Translations under genes and position numbers: made by a program
The notes under the pieces: generated by a model
The model's database searches: none
Told to the model about the DNA's origin: nothing
What the model saw: the letters and a program-made list of their open reading frames with translations, nothing else
Assembly: GCA_008632985.1 (NCBI GenBank)
Contig: QPGO01000047.1
Location: forward strand, 186,001-250,000
Direction of reading: 5' to 3'
Source of the DNA: Psammoneis japonica
Taxonomy: Eukaryota
Length of the DNA: 64,000 nt
Shown here: positions 23,230 through 37,300 of the stretch, piece by piece
Numbering within the stretch: the stretch's first letter is position 1
Layout: each line of letters opens with the position of its first letter

Positions 23230-25230
23230 ACTGGTCCGCCGGTGGTGACGTTCTTGGCCTTCGATCGATTGATTGCGAGTGCAAGCTGTGCCACGAACGA
23301 TGAAAAGTGCGGTTCAAACTAGTTTGCGACGACACGGAGAAGTGTTGGACAAATTTTTGTGTTTGTTTAAAATGTTTGCATTGCACAAGACTCTGCTCAT
23401 CTTGATCGAATGAAAGCAACGATAGATTGCCCAACTGAAATAAAATGGCAAAGTGTCTCCATGCGATTCCGTCTTGAACAGTTTCCTCGGCTTCAATTTT
23501 CCTTTTCCACTTGCCTCTGCTTTCAAAAAGAAGGCGCCTCTTCAGATTTTTGCTTCAGAAACAACTCGTTTTGCATGTCTGTAAAACGAGCATGAGTTTG
23601 AGTGCCACATGGATCTCTTGTTTTTGTTCACATGTTGTTCGAGAACAAAGACATGCTTCGGAATCAGCTTGATGAACATGTGCATCCAATGCAAGCTTGA
23701 ATTCGAGACCCAGCATGATCAATCAAACATTCCTGCACAAAGCACTTCCATGGTCGCACCTCTCATGTTGATGGCAAAGGCCTGCTTTGTCGAAAAAGCG
23801 AGCCAGAAAAACAAGTCACAGCCGCATCCGCATGAAAATGCTCGGCAATCCTCCCCAGTCGAACATCTTGTTGGAATGATCGTCGCAAGATTGCACTGAC
23901 GACATCCCCTCCCCCCATTGAGCACCTTACAATGTGCTGCAATCCGGATCGTCATCAAAGATGTCAATGAAAACCTGAATGTGACCTGAGCCGAGCTGGT
24001 CCATTGGGTGGTCCTCGGTCGTCTGTTTCTCGCGTCCGTCGCCCAATTTCATGTCGTAGAACGGGTCAAGGTCATCGTCAAAACAGACCCTTAAAATCTT
24101 TGCCCTCCATGTCTTGTTTGAATGGCGACAATGCACGCACTGGCTCTTCTTGAATTTGGACGTTGGCTCCTTCCAAGGCTTCTTGACACAGTCGTCGCTG
24201 TGGCCCGACAGATCGTCCTCGGTTGATGGCAAAAACAATCCCGTAACGTGCACGCGAATGAGACAGGCCAGCACCACTGCCAACATGAGACGGAAGAGAA
24301 ATCCCATGAGGCCACTGACATCAAAATTCTTGAAAGCCATGCCGATGTGAAACACGACAACAGCAGTGGTCAAATCGAAGTGCTTCAAGACGGCTGCTGC
24401 GCTCGCAAAGTCGACACGCTTGACACATTCCTTGGACATGCCAACAACGAGTCCCACACACTTCAATGAGATGGTTTTGGACTTGATGGCAATGAAATGG
24501 AGTTGGCTCCAGATGGGAGACCCGATGATGGAGGACCAAATCGATTTGACAGTGACGTTTGGAAACCACTGCTGCTTGATGTGCAAAAAGTCCTCCGTGA
24601 GCCCCAACAACCCCTGGTGCAATCCACAGACAAACGTTGAGAATGTCGTGATGGAAACAACATCGAGATCTTGCAGTGAGGCGCAATGGCCAACCCAAAG
24701 AGCAAAACGAAGCCAATCGCTCGTGCTCTTGCGTTGAGTCACAACTGCAATCAAGTCACAGTGGCTGACATTGATCACGGCGTTCATAAAGAGGACAGAG
24801 GACATCATGGTGATGATGGAGATGCAATGTCTTTGTTGCTTGTACCTTCAAAGAAATTGTGACAGCTTGAATCGATGCCTTTCGAAAGGTGCTCGGACAG
24901 TCTTCAGTGCAAAGACACGTAGAATGTACGAGGAATCCCGGCAAAAAGAAAGTCTTGGCACCGTTTCACCATGCGGCATGCCAATGTCGGGCTGGATAAA
25001 TGCATTGCCTGAAACCGACCTCTAACATCATGGTCACTGCCGGCAAACATGTTGGTGTTGCGATCAATTCGCGGTTGCTTTTTTGACGCTTCGATGGATG
25101 TTTGTGTGGGTGGGTCAGGAAAGTTCAACATTTCCTCTCATGTCCTTTCGTCTCCCAAATGTTTCCCATTTAGCAGAGGCAATTGTAAAGCGATGTCTGG
25201 TTTCGTAGGATGAGCTTTTTATTTAGGAAT
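23230..25230. repeat. TpA-stripped copy of the segment at about 47750-49760 (same orientation)
   Basis: Colinear alignment over about 2 kb, including flanks. Confidence 0.95.
23927..24808 (-). pseudogene. Hypermutated paralog of ORF 48437..49318; frame still open
   Basis: Same 293-aa length; substitutions dominated by Y>C, Y>H, I>V, I>T. Confidence 0.8.
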
Positions 25231-26239
25231 CTTTCTTCGTGCACACTTCATCACAACCTCCTCCAAGGATCAACTGGCAGACTGTCTGAGGCACTTGAAG
25301 CTTTACGTCCTTTGGTCATGGGTTGGTGAGTGTGAAGGGCAATTCCTCTTCATAAATGACAGCTGCCGGAATCAGCTGAAATCGATCTGATTGGTTGATT
25401 GAACTTACAAGACACAATGAGAGGGAGTGTGAAGATTGTCAAATCGTCATTGCGGTCATTGTGACTCGCCGTTACAAAGACGACTCACGTCAGCAAAAAA
25501 AACGTCACTCGCCTCAAGTGATTCAGAAGAGGGGACGTTGAGAGTCTCCTCTCCTCACAATCTCAATCTAGTCGCTGCAACACTGGCACCTGAGAATCGC
25601 CCCAACACCCTTTGCATCTCATTGCACTCTGTTTCTGACAATGCTCTGGATGTTGTGCTGACACGCTCACTGATGAAAAGAGTCATTTTGCCCTCAAACC
25701 AGTGGTGAGAGCGAGTGTGGGGGGTGATGGTTGACTGGCGCCAGCAATGAAAATTGTGCCAGCAATGGGCACCAGCAACAACTTTCCCTGCCAGTGACAT
25801 GTTGATGGCAACCAGGAACAGCATTGCAGATTTTTCATGCCAGTGGTTTTCTCGTGAGCTGTGTGTGCCTTTTTTAAAACAGCAAGAATGCAGCCAGCAG
25901 CTGCGCCCCAAGTCGCAGTGGCTCCACCTGCTCAGCACCCCCGTGCTGCGGCAAGCACTGCATCCACTGCTGATTGCAACAAGAGCCAATCTGTTGGTTG
26001 ATTGATGAGACCCACCTCAATGTTGATGCGAGTCTGTTCAGAATTTTGTGTTGCAAAATTCATGGAGCCCAAGTTCAGAAGTGTGGCCAGTCACTCTCAC
26101 TGCCCCCGTTCCTTGTCCTCTTTTGGGCATTGTTTGACTGTCACATTCTTGAATGGTGCATTGGCAGGAAGCTGCACATTTGGGCACAATGATCAATCCA
26201 ACAGTGCCCGATGGGAAAATCCAGATCAGCTGTCAATCT

Positions 26240-26930
26240 AAAGAACCTTCCATCCATCGAAGCTTCCTGTTGAGTCACAATGACAGGTGTGCTAGCTGAG
26301 ATTGCTTCCAGTTGGACAAGAATCAAAACATGGATCCACCAACTTTTTGTGCAAGGGACCAATGTTGGCAACTTTCATCTTCCATGCAAAGTGTCCTGCA
26401 GCCACCATGGCGATCACTGACAAAAGGACCAATGGCGCAAGGAAGCAGCAGCAAGGTGATTGGTCTCTGACACTCTCCAACAGTCTTGTGAGTGATGCCA
26501 TCAGCCTCACAATGAACCCAATCAAGAGGGTCAGTCATGGTCCAGAGCACAAAAACCACAATTGTCACAACAAAAAGAGGCAACATTGGCCCCGTCATTT
26601 GTTGTGGTCCAACCCTGCAACACTTGAGTTGAAGGACTTTGAAGGACCTGCATCATCTTGGCAAACAAAGCTCCATGTGCCGTGGTGTGTTGCAGTGCAA
26701 TGAGCCATGGAGTTGCCATGCACGCCTTGTTCAGCTGGGTTTTGTTCCAGCCTGCTCTTTCATCAAAGGAAAAGGCGAACATTGCCAAGGCCACCAGCAA
26801 GGAACCATGAGAGACAAACCCACAGCACAGAGAAGGTGCTCAGATGGCTCTGCTCAATGCTGCCAACAAGCAACAGAGGCTCCACAGTGCCATTTTCTGC
26901 ACAAAAGGAGGCTCGCCTGAAGTGTCACTC
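26240..26930 (-). pseudogene. Decayed class C (7tm_3, GABA-B-like) GPCR fragment
   Basis: FDERAGW...ACMATPWL...GALFAKM and VLWTMTDPLDW...VGEC, spread across frames. Confidence 0.6.
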
Positions 26931-27024
26931 TGTTGGTTGCCTTGTTTTCCAGATGGGCAAAAGGCAGTCAGTGATGGTTGTGTTTCCTTGCCACGGACAA
27001 ACACTCCATGCCATCCATGGGTGC

Positions 27025-28320
27025 CCCGCACTGTGAGAATCCATCTCAACAAAATTGTTGGCTTTTGTTGATGGCATTTCTTCCAGCAATGCAGTGCATG
27101 CTTGCCTCTGGGGATCTTGGGTGAATGCTCAAATGCTGTGCGGAGGAAACCAATGTGGAGGCCTTTGAAACCATTTCTGATTGCTTGGATCCAACACCAT
27201 TCTTTGTGATTGCCAAGGAAGACAATCATGAAGAGAAGCACAAAGAAGGAGAGGTGTCCAAAATTGTTTTGAAGAATGTTGTGTCAGCAAACAGCACCAA
27301 TGCAAGACCCAAACCATCTGCTCCAAACAGCCATTTGTCCGGACAAGTCAGACAATGCTCCTCATCTGCGCAAGATGGTGATCGGCAGCTGTGTCTTCAT
27401 GGGAACCATTCTCCAGCTTCCTGCCTGACCAAGTTGTGTTTGAGGACTGTGGATTTTCTCAAATGGATGTGTTGGTGATTGAGAAAATGATGTCCAATGC
27501 ACTGCTTGTCATGTGCAGTGCAGCAAAAATGGCTGAGGCCAGCATTTCAGCTCAGTGTCCTGCTGTTGCTGATTGTTCAGAACACATTGCACCATTCTGC
27601 TGTGCACTGTTGATGGGCTCCAAGGCTTGCATTTTGCTCAAGGATGCTCTCCGCAACAATGGCAAAGCATGTTTGCCCAGTTTTTTAAGACACTCAGGTG
27701 CAAAGAAACCAAAGATGCTTTGGCTGATGATGAGGATGGTGCAGGCAAATTGGCCATGGCACAGCTTGACGGCTTGATTCACTTTTGTCAGCTGTGTTCC
27801 ATGGCCATGCAGGATGGTGATGTTGACCTTGATGATGTCACCATCCTTGATTGTGACATTGTCTTTAAGATTCTGACAGCCATCAATTGTGCTCCCAACA
27901 CACCAGCCAACTTGATGGTGGAGCTTGCCATGATGGGTGACATGAAGACTGTCAAACACCCACAGTGTCAAAACATTGGCCCTCTTGATCGGATCACGTG
28001 TGCTGTGCTTCCATTGAGGTCTCCTCCACCAAGATGGCTCACAAGGCGACACAAGAGAAGGGATGCATCAGCATCTCAGCGACATTTGCATGGGCATTGT
28101 GGATTGCACTTGCCCACAACTTGTGCAGATGAGGCCTTTTCATCCACCATCAGGGCCAAGTTTGAACAGGAAAACAAGGTGGCTGCATTTCATTCTTGAT
28201 TCCCAACTTCTTGTTGGATTTTGTCAACCACATTGTCAAGTTGATCAACATGCATTGCCCCACTCTTCTTGATGTGTCAAAAATGGGAAGCTTCCCCATG
28301 CCACCAACCTCTGTGCAAGA
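27025..28320 (+). pseudogene. COPB1: Decayed coatomer beta (COPB1), copy 2, C-terminal half
   Basis: AQLDGLIHFCQL, DCDIVFKIL, VELAMMGDMKTVKHPQ, AKFEQENKVA, ATNLCAR. Overlaps copy 1 in sequence (27025-27175 vs 21678-21825). Confidence 0.75.
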
Positions 28321-31300
28321 AGGCAAGACAGTGCTTTTCCTTGATGCACTTGCCAACTGTTTCCCAGTTTTGTGCTGGACATTGCACAACATGTGTTTCA
28401 GTCATGAGCACTGTCTGTTGATGCCTGAAGAAAGAAACTTTTCATGAAACCGTCGGCACTGAGAAGTTGCCATTTGACGCATTCAGCACCATTGCAACCA
28501 CAAGATCGAGCGTGCCAGTGTGGGATTGGTCCTCGCTTGTGCTCACACCTTTGGCATGCTGGTGTGTCATGTCTGCTTTCTGATTCAACCTGAATTTGCA
28601 GTTTTGAATCATCAACCAAAACAAGCATGCTTTTGTTGTTTTTGAAGTGTCTTTGACAAAGAAGCTCTCATTGATCTTTCAGTCAAGAAGAAGGGCGGCA
28701 ATGACAGCAATTGGCTGGGTGTGCATGCATTGATCATCGTGAGACACAAGGCATTGCTTGGGAGATTGCATCACTGGCATTCAGAGATCAATGCCTGAAT
28801 CCAGGTGTTGGAACAAACAATTGGAATGGAGAACAAAAAGAGCACTCTGAACTAAAAAACACCACTTCTTCAGCCTTGTGCTGCTGTGTCAACCAGACCT
28901 GGCCTGCTGCGCTCTCTGCTGGGCTTCTGTCCCTTGTTTTGGTTTCCCTGGTTGCTGCCAGAGGGTTGATTGCTTCCTTGCAGCCAACAGTTGATGGCCA
29001 TGAAATGAAAAGGCCTGCAAGGCTGAGCATCTTGAGGATCAAGCATCTGACAACAGATGTGGTTGGCAACAACATTGAAAAGCTGCATGAATGACAAAGT
29101 TCTGTGCATTCATTCTAGACACCATGGAATGTTTTCCTTCATTTGTCACCACAGAGAGGAGCCGCTGTCCTTTCCAATGCATGAACAAAGCCAAACTGTG
29201 ACATCAACACTCACCTGGCCATCTCCATTCTTCCACAATTTGTTCTCCATGTCCAAAATGAGCAAGGGTTTGGTTCACTGACTGCCATGGGTCTTGATCA
29301 AATGCAGAGTTGTTGTTTTGCATTGAAGCACCAATCATGCCTGGCTCACATTTTGTTCCGGAAAACACAAGTGATGGGGTGGGACCCACTGTTGCTTGAA
29401 CCTTGGTGTTTCAACAAAGACTGGCTGCTGCATCGTTTGAAGAGTTGAGTGGTGGAACCAGGGCACAAAGGGTGCATTTCTGTGTTGACAAGTGATGAAG
29501 ATGAAAAGCAACATCAGCAAACATTCTTGAATGAAAAGAAACATGGGCACAAAATTGACTTGTGTTGGGGGTGCATTTGAATGCAGTGCAACACAGTGAG
29601 TGCACCACACAGCATTTTGGATTGCACGACAAACTTGCACAATGTTGGCAAGTCTTTGATGTGCACAAAAGCTGTTTTGTAGTGTGAAATGGAGTCAAGA
29701 GATGCCCCCATGCATGCTCAATTTCCAGGGGTGTAAAACAAGCAGTTCATGAGTCCAGTGGTGACTCACGATCCTCGCGGATCTGCGTGCAACACACACC
29801 CAGCATCAGACAAAACAAAAATGCTGCCCGTTGCTTGACCAAGCCCAAGCAAGCATCTGAAGGAAACAGGATGGGCTGCTTTCTCCTCGTTCTGTGCAAA
29901 AACAGCAACAACATCTGCCAGATCAATGTCTTCATCTGGCATCTCCACATTCTCCAAATCTTGACCCTCTCCTTCCAGAGCAATGCCATGTTGCAACAGC
30001 CCATCATCTGAAGGTTCCTCTGAATCATGCATTGGTTCTTCCACATCTGCTGGATCATTCAAGGCATTGTCAGGTGCCTTGTCTGCTGCTGGAGCGACTT
30101 CTTTGGCAACAGCATTGTTGTCAATGGCAACAGCAGAATCAGCCAAGGGCTCCTCTTTGCACTCTCCTTCCAGCACAATGTTGTGATGCAATGACTTGAC
30201 ATCCACAGGATCCTCTGAATCATCTGTCAGCACATCCAAGGCATTGTCTGGCTCCTCACATGCTTGGACAATTGCGCCCACTAGAGCAACTTCCTCCACT
30301 GCAACAAGATCAGCAGCAGCAGCAGCAATGACAGGATCAGCAATTGGTCCCTCAACCACTGCATCTGCTGGAGTGACAATGACCTTTGACCAGCTCAGCT
30401 GCCACTTGAGTCTGCACCCATCCATGCCAATGATCACACCTTGGATGCATTTGATGCTCACAAATGTGTCAGTCTTGTTTCCACTTGTGCTCAAGCAGCA
30501 CAGCAGCCAATTGCTCATCATTCAGGGTGGGAATGCAATGCAGGCATCAAAGAATGCATTTGGCCACCCCACCAGTGGGGGCTGGAGGAAGGTCGCCAAC
30601 AAAGACATTCTTGATCAGTTCTTCATCGGCAGCCACTCTGATTCCCACTGACAACACTGCCAAGCCAGCCTGTCTTGCTGCTTGTCAATTCTTCTCAAAG
30701 CAAAGTCCAGCTTTGGATCTGACAGCACTGGAATCTTGGTTGCACATTTTGGATCTTGAAGAACTTTTGGAGCAGCCATGCCTGTTGGGATGGCACAGTC
30801 ACAAACACTGTGCACAGGTTCTTCAGCCCGGCAGTGGTCTCCATCTGGTGCTCCTGCGGCAAAAGCATTTGCACTTCAACAACAGCAGCCAAGTGACCAC
30901 AAACCACAAGGGAACACAGATGACACAATGCACAGTCCATGCAACTGATGCAACCACAAGAGCATCCAAAACAGCATTGCCCACTTGATCCCAAAGAAGT
31001 GTGGCAAGGTCATCAATTCCCACAACTTGGCAGCACAAGAAACAGACAGCGGTGCCAATCAACTTCAGGGAGCAGCATGGGAGCACCGCAGCAAATGCAG
31101 CAAGGAAAGCTGTGCAGACTGCAAGGACAAAGGGCACCAGTTCTTCAATCATGCAGCAAATTGTGTCCACGGCAATGCACGAGAAAATCCATGCTTCCCA
31201 AAGCAAACCACTGACGACTCAGCCGTGGTTTTTGGTTTGCCGTGAAACACATGCAGCAGGAGATTGACAAAGAGCATGATCAGTGCATTGTGTGCAATCA

Positions 31301-34300
31301 TGGTGGGGGCAATGGCATCAGAAAAAACAGATTGTCAACAGTGTGCTTCAATGCAAGCAAAACTTGAAATGGTGCAGCAAGCAAGACGTTGCTCATTGTT
31401 TGTGACTGGTGTTGTTCATGAACATGCAGAAACTGCTCTGGAAGAGCCCGCAGAAAAGCCAACAGTCAGCCACACTTTTCAAGTTGTGGTTGGATGTTGT
31501 GGCACATTTGCACTTGGTTGCTTGCAGGCTTCAAGCTGGAAACAAGAATCAGAGGCCAGGAGTGATGTTGGATGCACCCACAATGAATGTCATCCATTTT
31601 AGAGCCGTTCTCTTCAATGAAATTCAGTGTTGCCACAACAGAGCCCATTCTTCTCAGGCCCACCACAAACATGCAGCCTGCAGATTTTGGCGCTTGCTGC
31701 AGTGACACGCCACACCTCAAACTGGTTGAATGATCCTCCCGATCACACCATGGTTGGCTGACAATGAATGCATTCTTGATTGAAAACATCAACAGGGCAA
31801 GACTGTCCTTGTCAATGAGGAGCAGCCTTGCCAAGTCTGAGCTTGACAGAGATGGTCCTACAATCCAACAATGCAAGAGCCAAGCTGAGAACATCTTTGG
31901 ATTTCTTTTTGCTTTGTTGTGGCAACACAAGTGCCAACGGCGCACTCAGAAGCAAGTCACCAAGAAGCACAGTTGATCTTTTCAAACCACACGATTCAAA
32001 TGAAATGACAAATTTGGCAATGCCACACTTGTGGCTGAAAATGAGCATCAATGTGCAACAAAATGTCCTTTGAAGCCCAGATGACAGTGACCACCTGCTC
32101 AGCTGGTTTTTGAAAATTGCAACACCTGTGGAAGGCACAATTGCATGTGTGCAAAGTTCGTTGCTTCTTGTCAGTCAACATTTTCACCAAGGAGTTTTCT
32201 GAGGGGCTTGCAGCAAGCTGCTCCCAAAGAGCCAATTTCAACCTCCAAGACTGGCTCAATTGATGTTCCAAGTTTTGCAGCACTGTCACCTGCTGAGCAG
32301 AAAATGGAGCTGCTTGATTTGCTCCAACAAGCAGAGAGTGCTTTTGCGCTTGCCATTGATGTGCAAGCAACAACGGTCAATGGAGGTGTTTGTCCTGTGC
32401 TGTTTTGAGTCTCTCTCTCTCTCTCTCTCTTGGGCAGAAGATGGTGCATTCACAAGGGCTGCAGAGTTTCTCTGTTTTGTGCAAAAGACCACACAAAGGC
32501 CTGTTCCAGCTCCAGGTGATGCACGCAGGCTCAATTCCCATCACTGGCCCATTTTTGCATTTGGCGCAATGAACTCCTTCAAAATCGGTTTTTTCCAAAA
32601 TTGAATGGCGAGTGTGAGTGTGCACAAAACTGTTGTTTTTTGTGCACACTTGCCTTTCAATTTTCAAAACAATTGAATTTGAGGAATTTAATGTGCTGAA
32701 CTGCACAGAAAACCAGCCTCTTGTTTGATGAATTGCTCATCACCTGGGGCTGGAACAGGCCCACAGACAACAAGGTGCAGCAGCATGCATGCTTTGCTGC
32801 AAGCTTCACCATGACTGTCAAACACACAAAAATGACAGTTGTCAAAGATTGTTGTTGAGGAGCAGTGTGCGCACAACCTCTTGTTTCTCATTCTCCACCA
32901 CCAACAACCCCACGCAGCAGATGCTCCCCACTCTCAACATCTTCATCATTGACAAATGCAAGAGTTCTCACCTGCCTGCATCTCCTTCTCTGTGATTGGA
33001 TTTTTCCATGTGCAGCACATTTCCCATTGCTTGATCAGCTTCTGTTGTCATGGTGGTGCAGAAAGTGATGCATGATGCCATGTGTGACATGTGTGGTGGA
33101 TGCTGGGCTGAACCCGACAATGCCAGATGGGTGAATCAAGTCCAAAATGATGTCGTTCATGCTGAAAGTGTCAAGCCAGGGAAAATTAAATTGAGCCATG
33201 ATGTCCATTGCGCGGACCTTTCCAACTTGGAAGCCATTGACTGATTCTTCATTTGAGCACCAACCACAAGAGGCATGGTCAAGCTTCGAGACTGACAACG
33301 CGGTGCACTGATTTCTGAATTCCAAAGCACCTGCTCTCTGACAACAACTCCACCAGAACATGCCATTTGGGTTGCACACAGTTTTGTTGGCATCACTGTT
33401 TGCAACAAAACTCTGCCACATGTTGTTGTCATGGTGGGTGTGATGCGTGATGCATGAGATGCAGTGGATGATGTGGCACCCACTGAACCCGACAAGGCCA
33501 GATGGATGATTCAAGTCCAACCAATCAACTCAAATCAATTGTGACATCAGCTCGTGCTGAAAAACTTGGCAGGTGCAACCCAACCTTGACGTCCATTGTG
33601 TGGGCCTTTCCTGCTCCAGCAACAAAACAGCCCCAACACTGTGCAAGCTCACGCTTTTCATCCTTGCTTGCCCATCAACATGGAAAGCAACACAAGTTTG
33701 TTCTCACTTCTTGTTTGACAGGTGCTTTGTGAAGCAGGGGGGAAGTCAGTGCTGACCAGTTGCTCTTTTGTCTGTGATTGCATGGAAAGCCAATGGCTGT
33801 GCAAACACTCAACACTGGCACGGCGGGCTGGCGGTTGACGCTGGTGCTTTCTAAAAAGAATGTGTTGGACTGGGATGAGGAGTTTCTGCTTTTGATGCTC
33901 GTTGGGTGTGGCCCACCTGCGCAAATGTAACGTTCTTCTTGTGCATCAATTGATGAATTGATCCAGAATCCTTGAGTCAGGGCTGGGTTGAAAAATGACT
34001 TGCAGCTCCCTGCCCCCCCCCCCCCAACTTTTGCAGCCAAACACCTTGCCAAACCTTTGTGTTTGGACCATCAGAGATGGACATCTCAACCTGTCTGTTC
34101 TTTGTGTTTTTTGCTTGTTTTGCCCTGTCATGCAACAAAAAAAAACTCACAAACTTGTTGTCTCCTTGTGTCTCTCAACAGATTGTCGCATGCAATGGTG
34201 ATGCAGAAGAAGAAGCTCATTGGATGGAGATGCTTTTGAGAACTCGGGAATTGCACTTTTGGACCAAGCTTGCACTTGCATGGATTGGTCTCTTGGAGGA

Positions 34301-37300
34301 ATTGAAGGCTTGTTTGACAGAGTGGGAAACAGTCAAGTTGACACAAAAACAAGCTCTGGCACTTTTCATGGATGCTGTCAAGACACGATTGCATGGGTGA
34401 GGGCCACAAGCAGAAGAATCCCGCCTTGCACTCTGGAAAGTTGAGTCCAGAAATGAAAGCCTGTGTGGATGCCATTGTGAAGGCGATGGGCAAGTCACAG
34501 AACTGTCCAGTTGTCAGTGCCTCTCTGAAAGAGACTGTCACTTGTGGCTTTCATGGAAGCAAGAAGAGTGCACTCTTTGAGATTGAAAGTAAATTGGGTG
34601 TGGACGTGACGAAAGAATCCAAAAACAAGGCTGAGTGAAAAATTCTTTTTCGACCTGGCACTTTGTTTGTGATTCTTTTTTTTTGCAAACACAACAATCC
34701 CGAGTGCAGAAAGTGGAAGTTTGTTTCAGTGCAAGAGATTCATCAATTTTGGTGGAAATTGTCAGAGATGAGTGGAGCTTTAGATTTGCAAGATGAGTGG
34801 CAACTGCAGAGAACTTCCTGCTCCCTCCATCCGGAGGTGAGGTTGTGGGGGGGCATGTGGCAAAGACGGGTGTGCCCATTCCTGTCACAGTGTGTGCTGT
34901 TCTTGGCTGAGCAAGTGCATTGGATGCATTCTTGGAAGCAAGCATTTGCAAAGAAATGCCATCCATTGTTTTCATGCATGTTCTCTTTGTTGCATTCCAC
35001 AGCTTCATGCCCACCTGCTCCTCCCGTGTCTGGCCAGGTGGGGATGATGTGGGGTGTCCCCTGCATTGAAATTGCTTGCATTCAACTGGAGGTCTGCCAC
35101 AATGTCTGCAGCCACGGATTTTGATTGACAGAGTTTTGGGAAAATCTCTCACTCTGTCAGAAGCAGCCACAAGAGTTGCATCCACTCTGGCAGCCACAGC
35201 AAAATGCGTGCTTTTCCTTGGGACGGGCCATCAGGGCTGAATTTTGGAAAGTCTCGATGACACAAGTCCAGCAGAAAGCAACTGTGTCTTCCATCTTTGT
35301 GCAATTGTGCGATTGGCTCCAATGCATTTTTGCACTCCTGCTGCAATGCAATGACCATTTGACTGGCAACTCTGCACATGCAATCGTCTTGCTGCAATCT
35401 AAACCTGTTGAGCATTTCTCCAAAAAAAAAAAACAGCACCATCTTCTTTTGCTGCACTTGTGGCAACTAAAATGTTGCACATGATTGTGATTGCCATGTT
35501 GCAAAAATGGCACTCCTCCAGAAAACTGCTGTCTTTTGCAACACACATGATGTGAAGTGGTCGTGTGACACCCATGTGAGGAACAAGGCTTCTTTCCTGC
35601 AATTGCACTGCATCACGTCCTTGGCATTGTTGTGCTGCAAATGGTTGGGATCGCTTCACATTCCACCACCAGTGTGTGATCTTGAGTGCACTTGTAACTC
35701 TCAGGTAGAATTGCATGCACCAAAGTGCTGTTGTCAGTCCATGTGGCCATGCACTGGTCAAAGATTCATGCATGAACACAGATTGAAGATTTGATGATGA
35801 CACCACAATGACTTTTGAGAGAAGCACTTGTGTTGGGCCCTGTGAGGACTTTTTGCAAGAACCAGCATGGTGCAATCACCACCTTTGTAAAAATGTGCAG
35901 GACATGTGCCAAGAAACTCCAACTTTGCTTTTTGGTTGCTCTGGTTGCAATCAAAACAGCACCAAAAGACAAAAGCAATTCAACACAAAAACTTGCAGAT
36001 CACACTCCAAAATGCATGATGGATTTTTGGGAGAAAAAACTGGGTTGAAATTGATGCATCAGCCTTGTCAATCACAAAGCAAAGTGCACTTAATTGTCCA
36101 TTCGCAACCAAGGCACAACTCATGCAGGAATGTGCAGAAAATGCACTGGGCTCCTCATTCTGCACTTTTTCAATGATCTGGATGTGATCAAGTGCTGCTG
36201 AAAAATCAAAGACTGACATCATGACATTTTCTTGCCAAATGGCTCAAAATCTGCTCGCCAATCTGCTTCTGCTCACCTGAAAACTGCTCATTTGCAAGAA
36301 AACGAGCTCCCAGTGCAAGAAAATCTTGGTGGTCGTGCAAGCTGTTGCACGAGCATGACCCTGTGCAGAACAAGTTGTTTGTGCTTTCCCTCATTCTTTG
36401 GAGCAACATGCAGACTGCATGGAGATTGCCTGCACCGGCAGAAAGCCAGCAGAAGCAAGTGAAAAATCCACTTCATTTTTCTCGCAACATGGCCAAAATC
36501 TGCTTTGCTCACCCAACATGATGTGCCAGTTTTTGAGTTTTTTGGTGGCACTTGATGCAATTGAAATGGTGCCAAAATGCCCAGACCAATTGACCACCGA
36601 CATCACTTTTGCGGAAAATGGCAAACCACATGACAGAGCTTTGGGAGAAAAAACTGGGTTGAAATTGATGGCTGTGTTGAACTTGTCAAACAGAACACAA
36701 AGCACACTGTTTTGCCCAAAAAGCACACTTGCAATTGAAAAGCACACTTGAGACTGAATGCTCCCACACACAGAAATCCACACAGTCATCTGGCACATTG
36801 GAAAAGGTGCACTTGAATTGCACTTGAGCACACTTGTTTGTCTTTCCTCCATTTTTAAAATGGAGTTTCGTGCAACTGCTTCTGTGCTCCAGAGGAAAAG
36901 GCTTGCACTTTGGCATGTGCGCATGGCAGCGCTTGTTGCAGCGATGCAGATGCTGATCCAGCTCTTGCTGGAGGCCCATCCAACCAGCAGCAGCACATGT
37001 TCAACAAGATTTGTGTCGACAAGGCTGACAAGGCAGTTTTTTGATCAAATCTTTCGCCACCACGGGCAAAAGCTCATTTTCATTTTGAGCATTTGCGCCA
37101 TTCCACAGCAGAGCAGCTGTCACAAACAAGGATGAAATGGTGAAAGGGTGCTGTTTGCCATGACATGTGGCGATGCTTCATCGCAGCAATCTCTCAGAAA
37201 AAATGAGAAATGAGGGCCCTGCTTGTGTGTGCACAGTGCGAGCAAGACAGGGTGCAATGGCGCACACCATCCACACCCACAACAAAGAAAGACAAGTGGT

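Noticed and set aside
27740..28010. Methionine aminopeptidase-like motif (KDGDIIKVNITI) on the minus strand
   Set aside because: The plus strand matches COPB1 over a much longer span, so this is probably coincidental
34640..36750. Possible decayed DNA-transposon ORF with an internal direct repeat (tttgggagaaaaaactgggttgaaattgatg near 36027 and 36640)
   Set aside because: The repeat is real but I could not recognise a transposase motif with confidence
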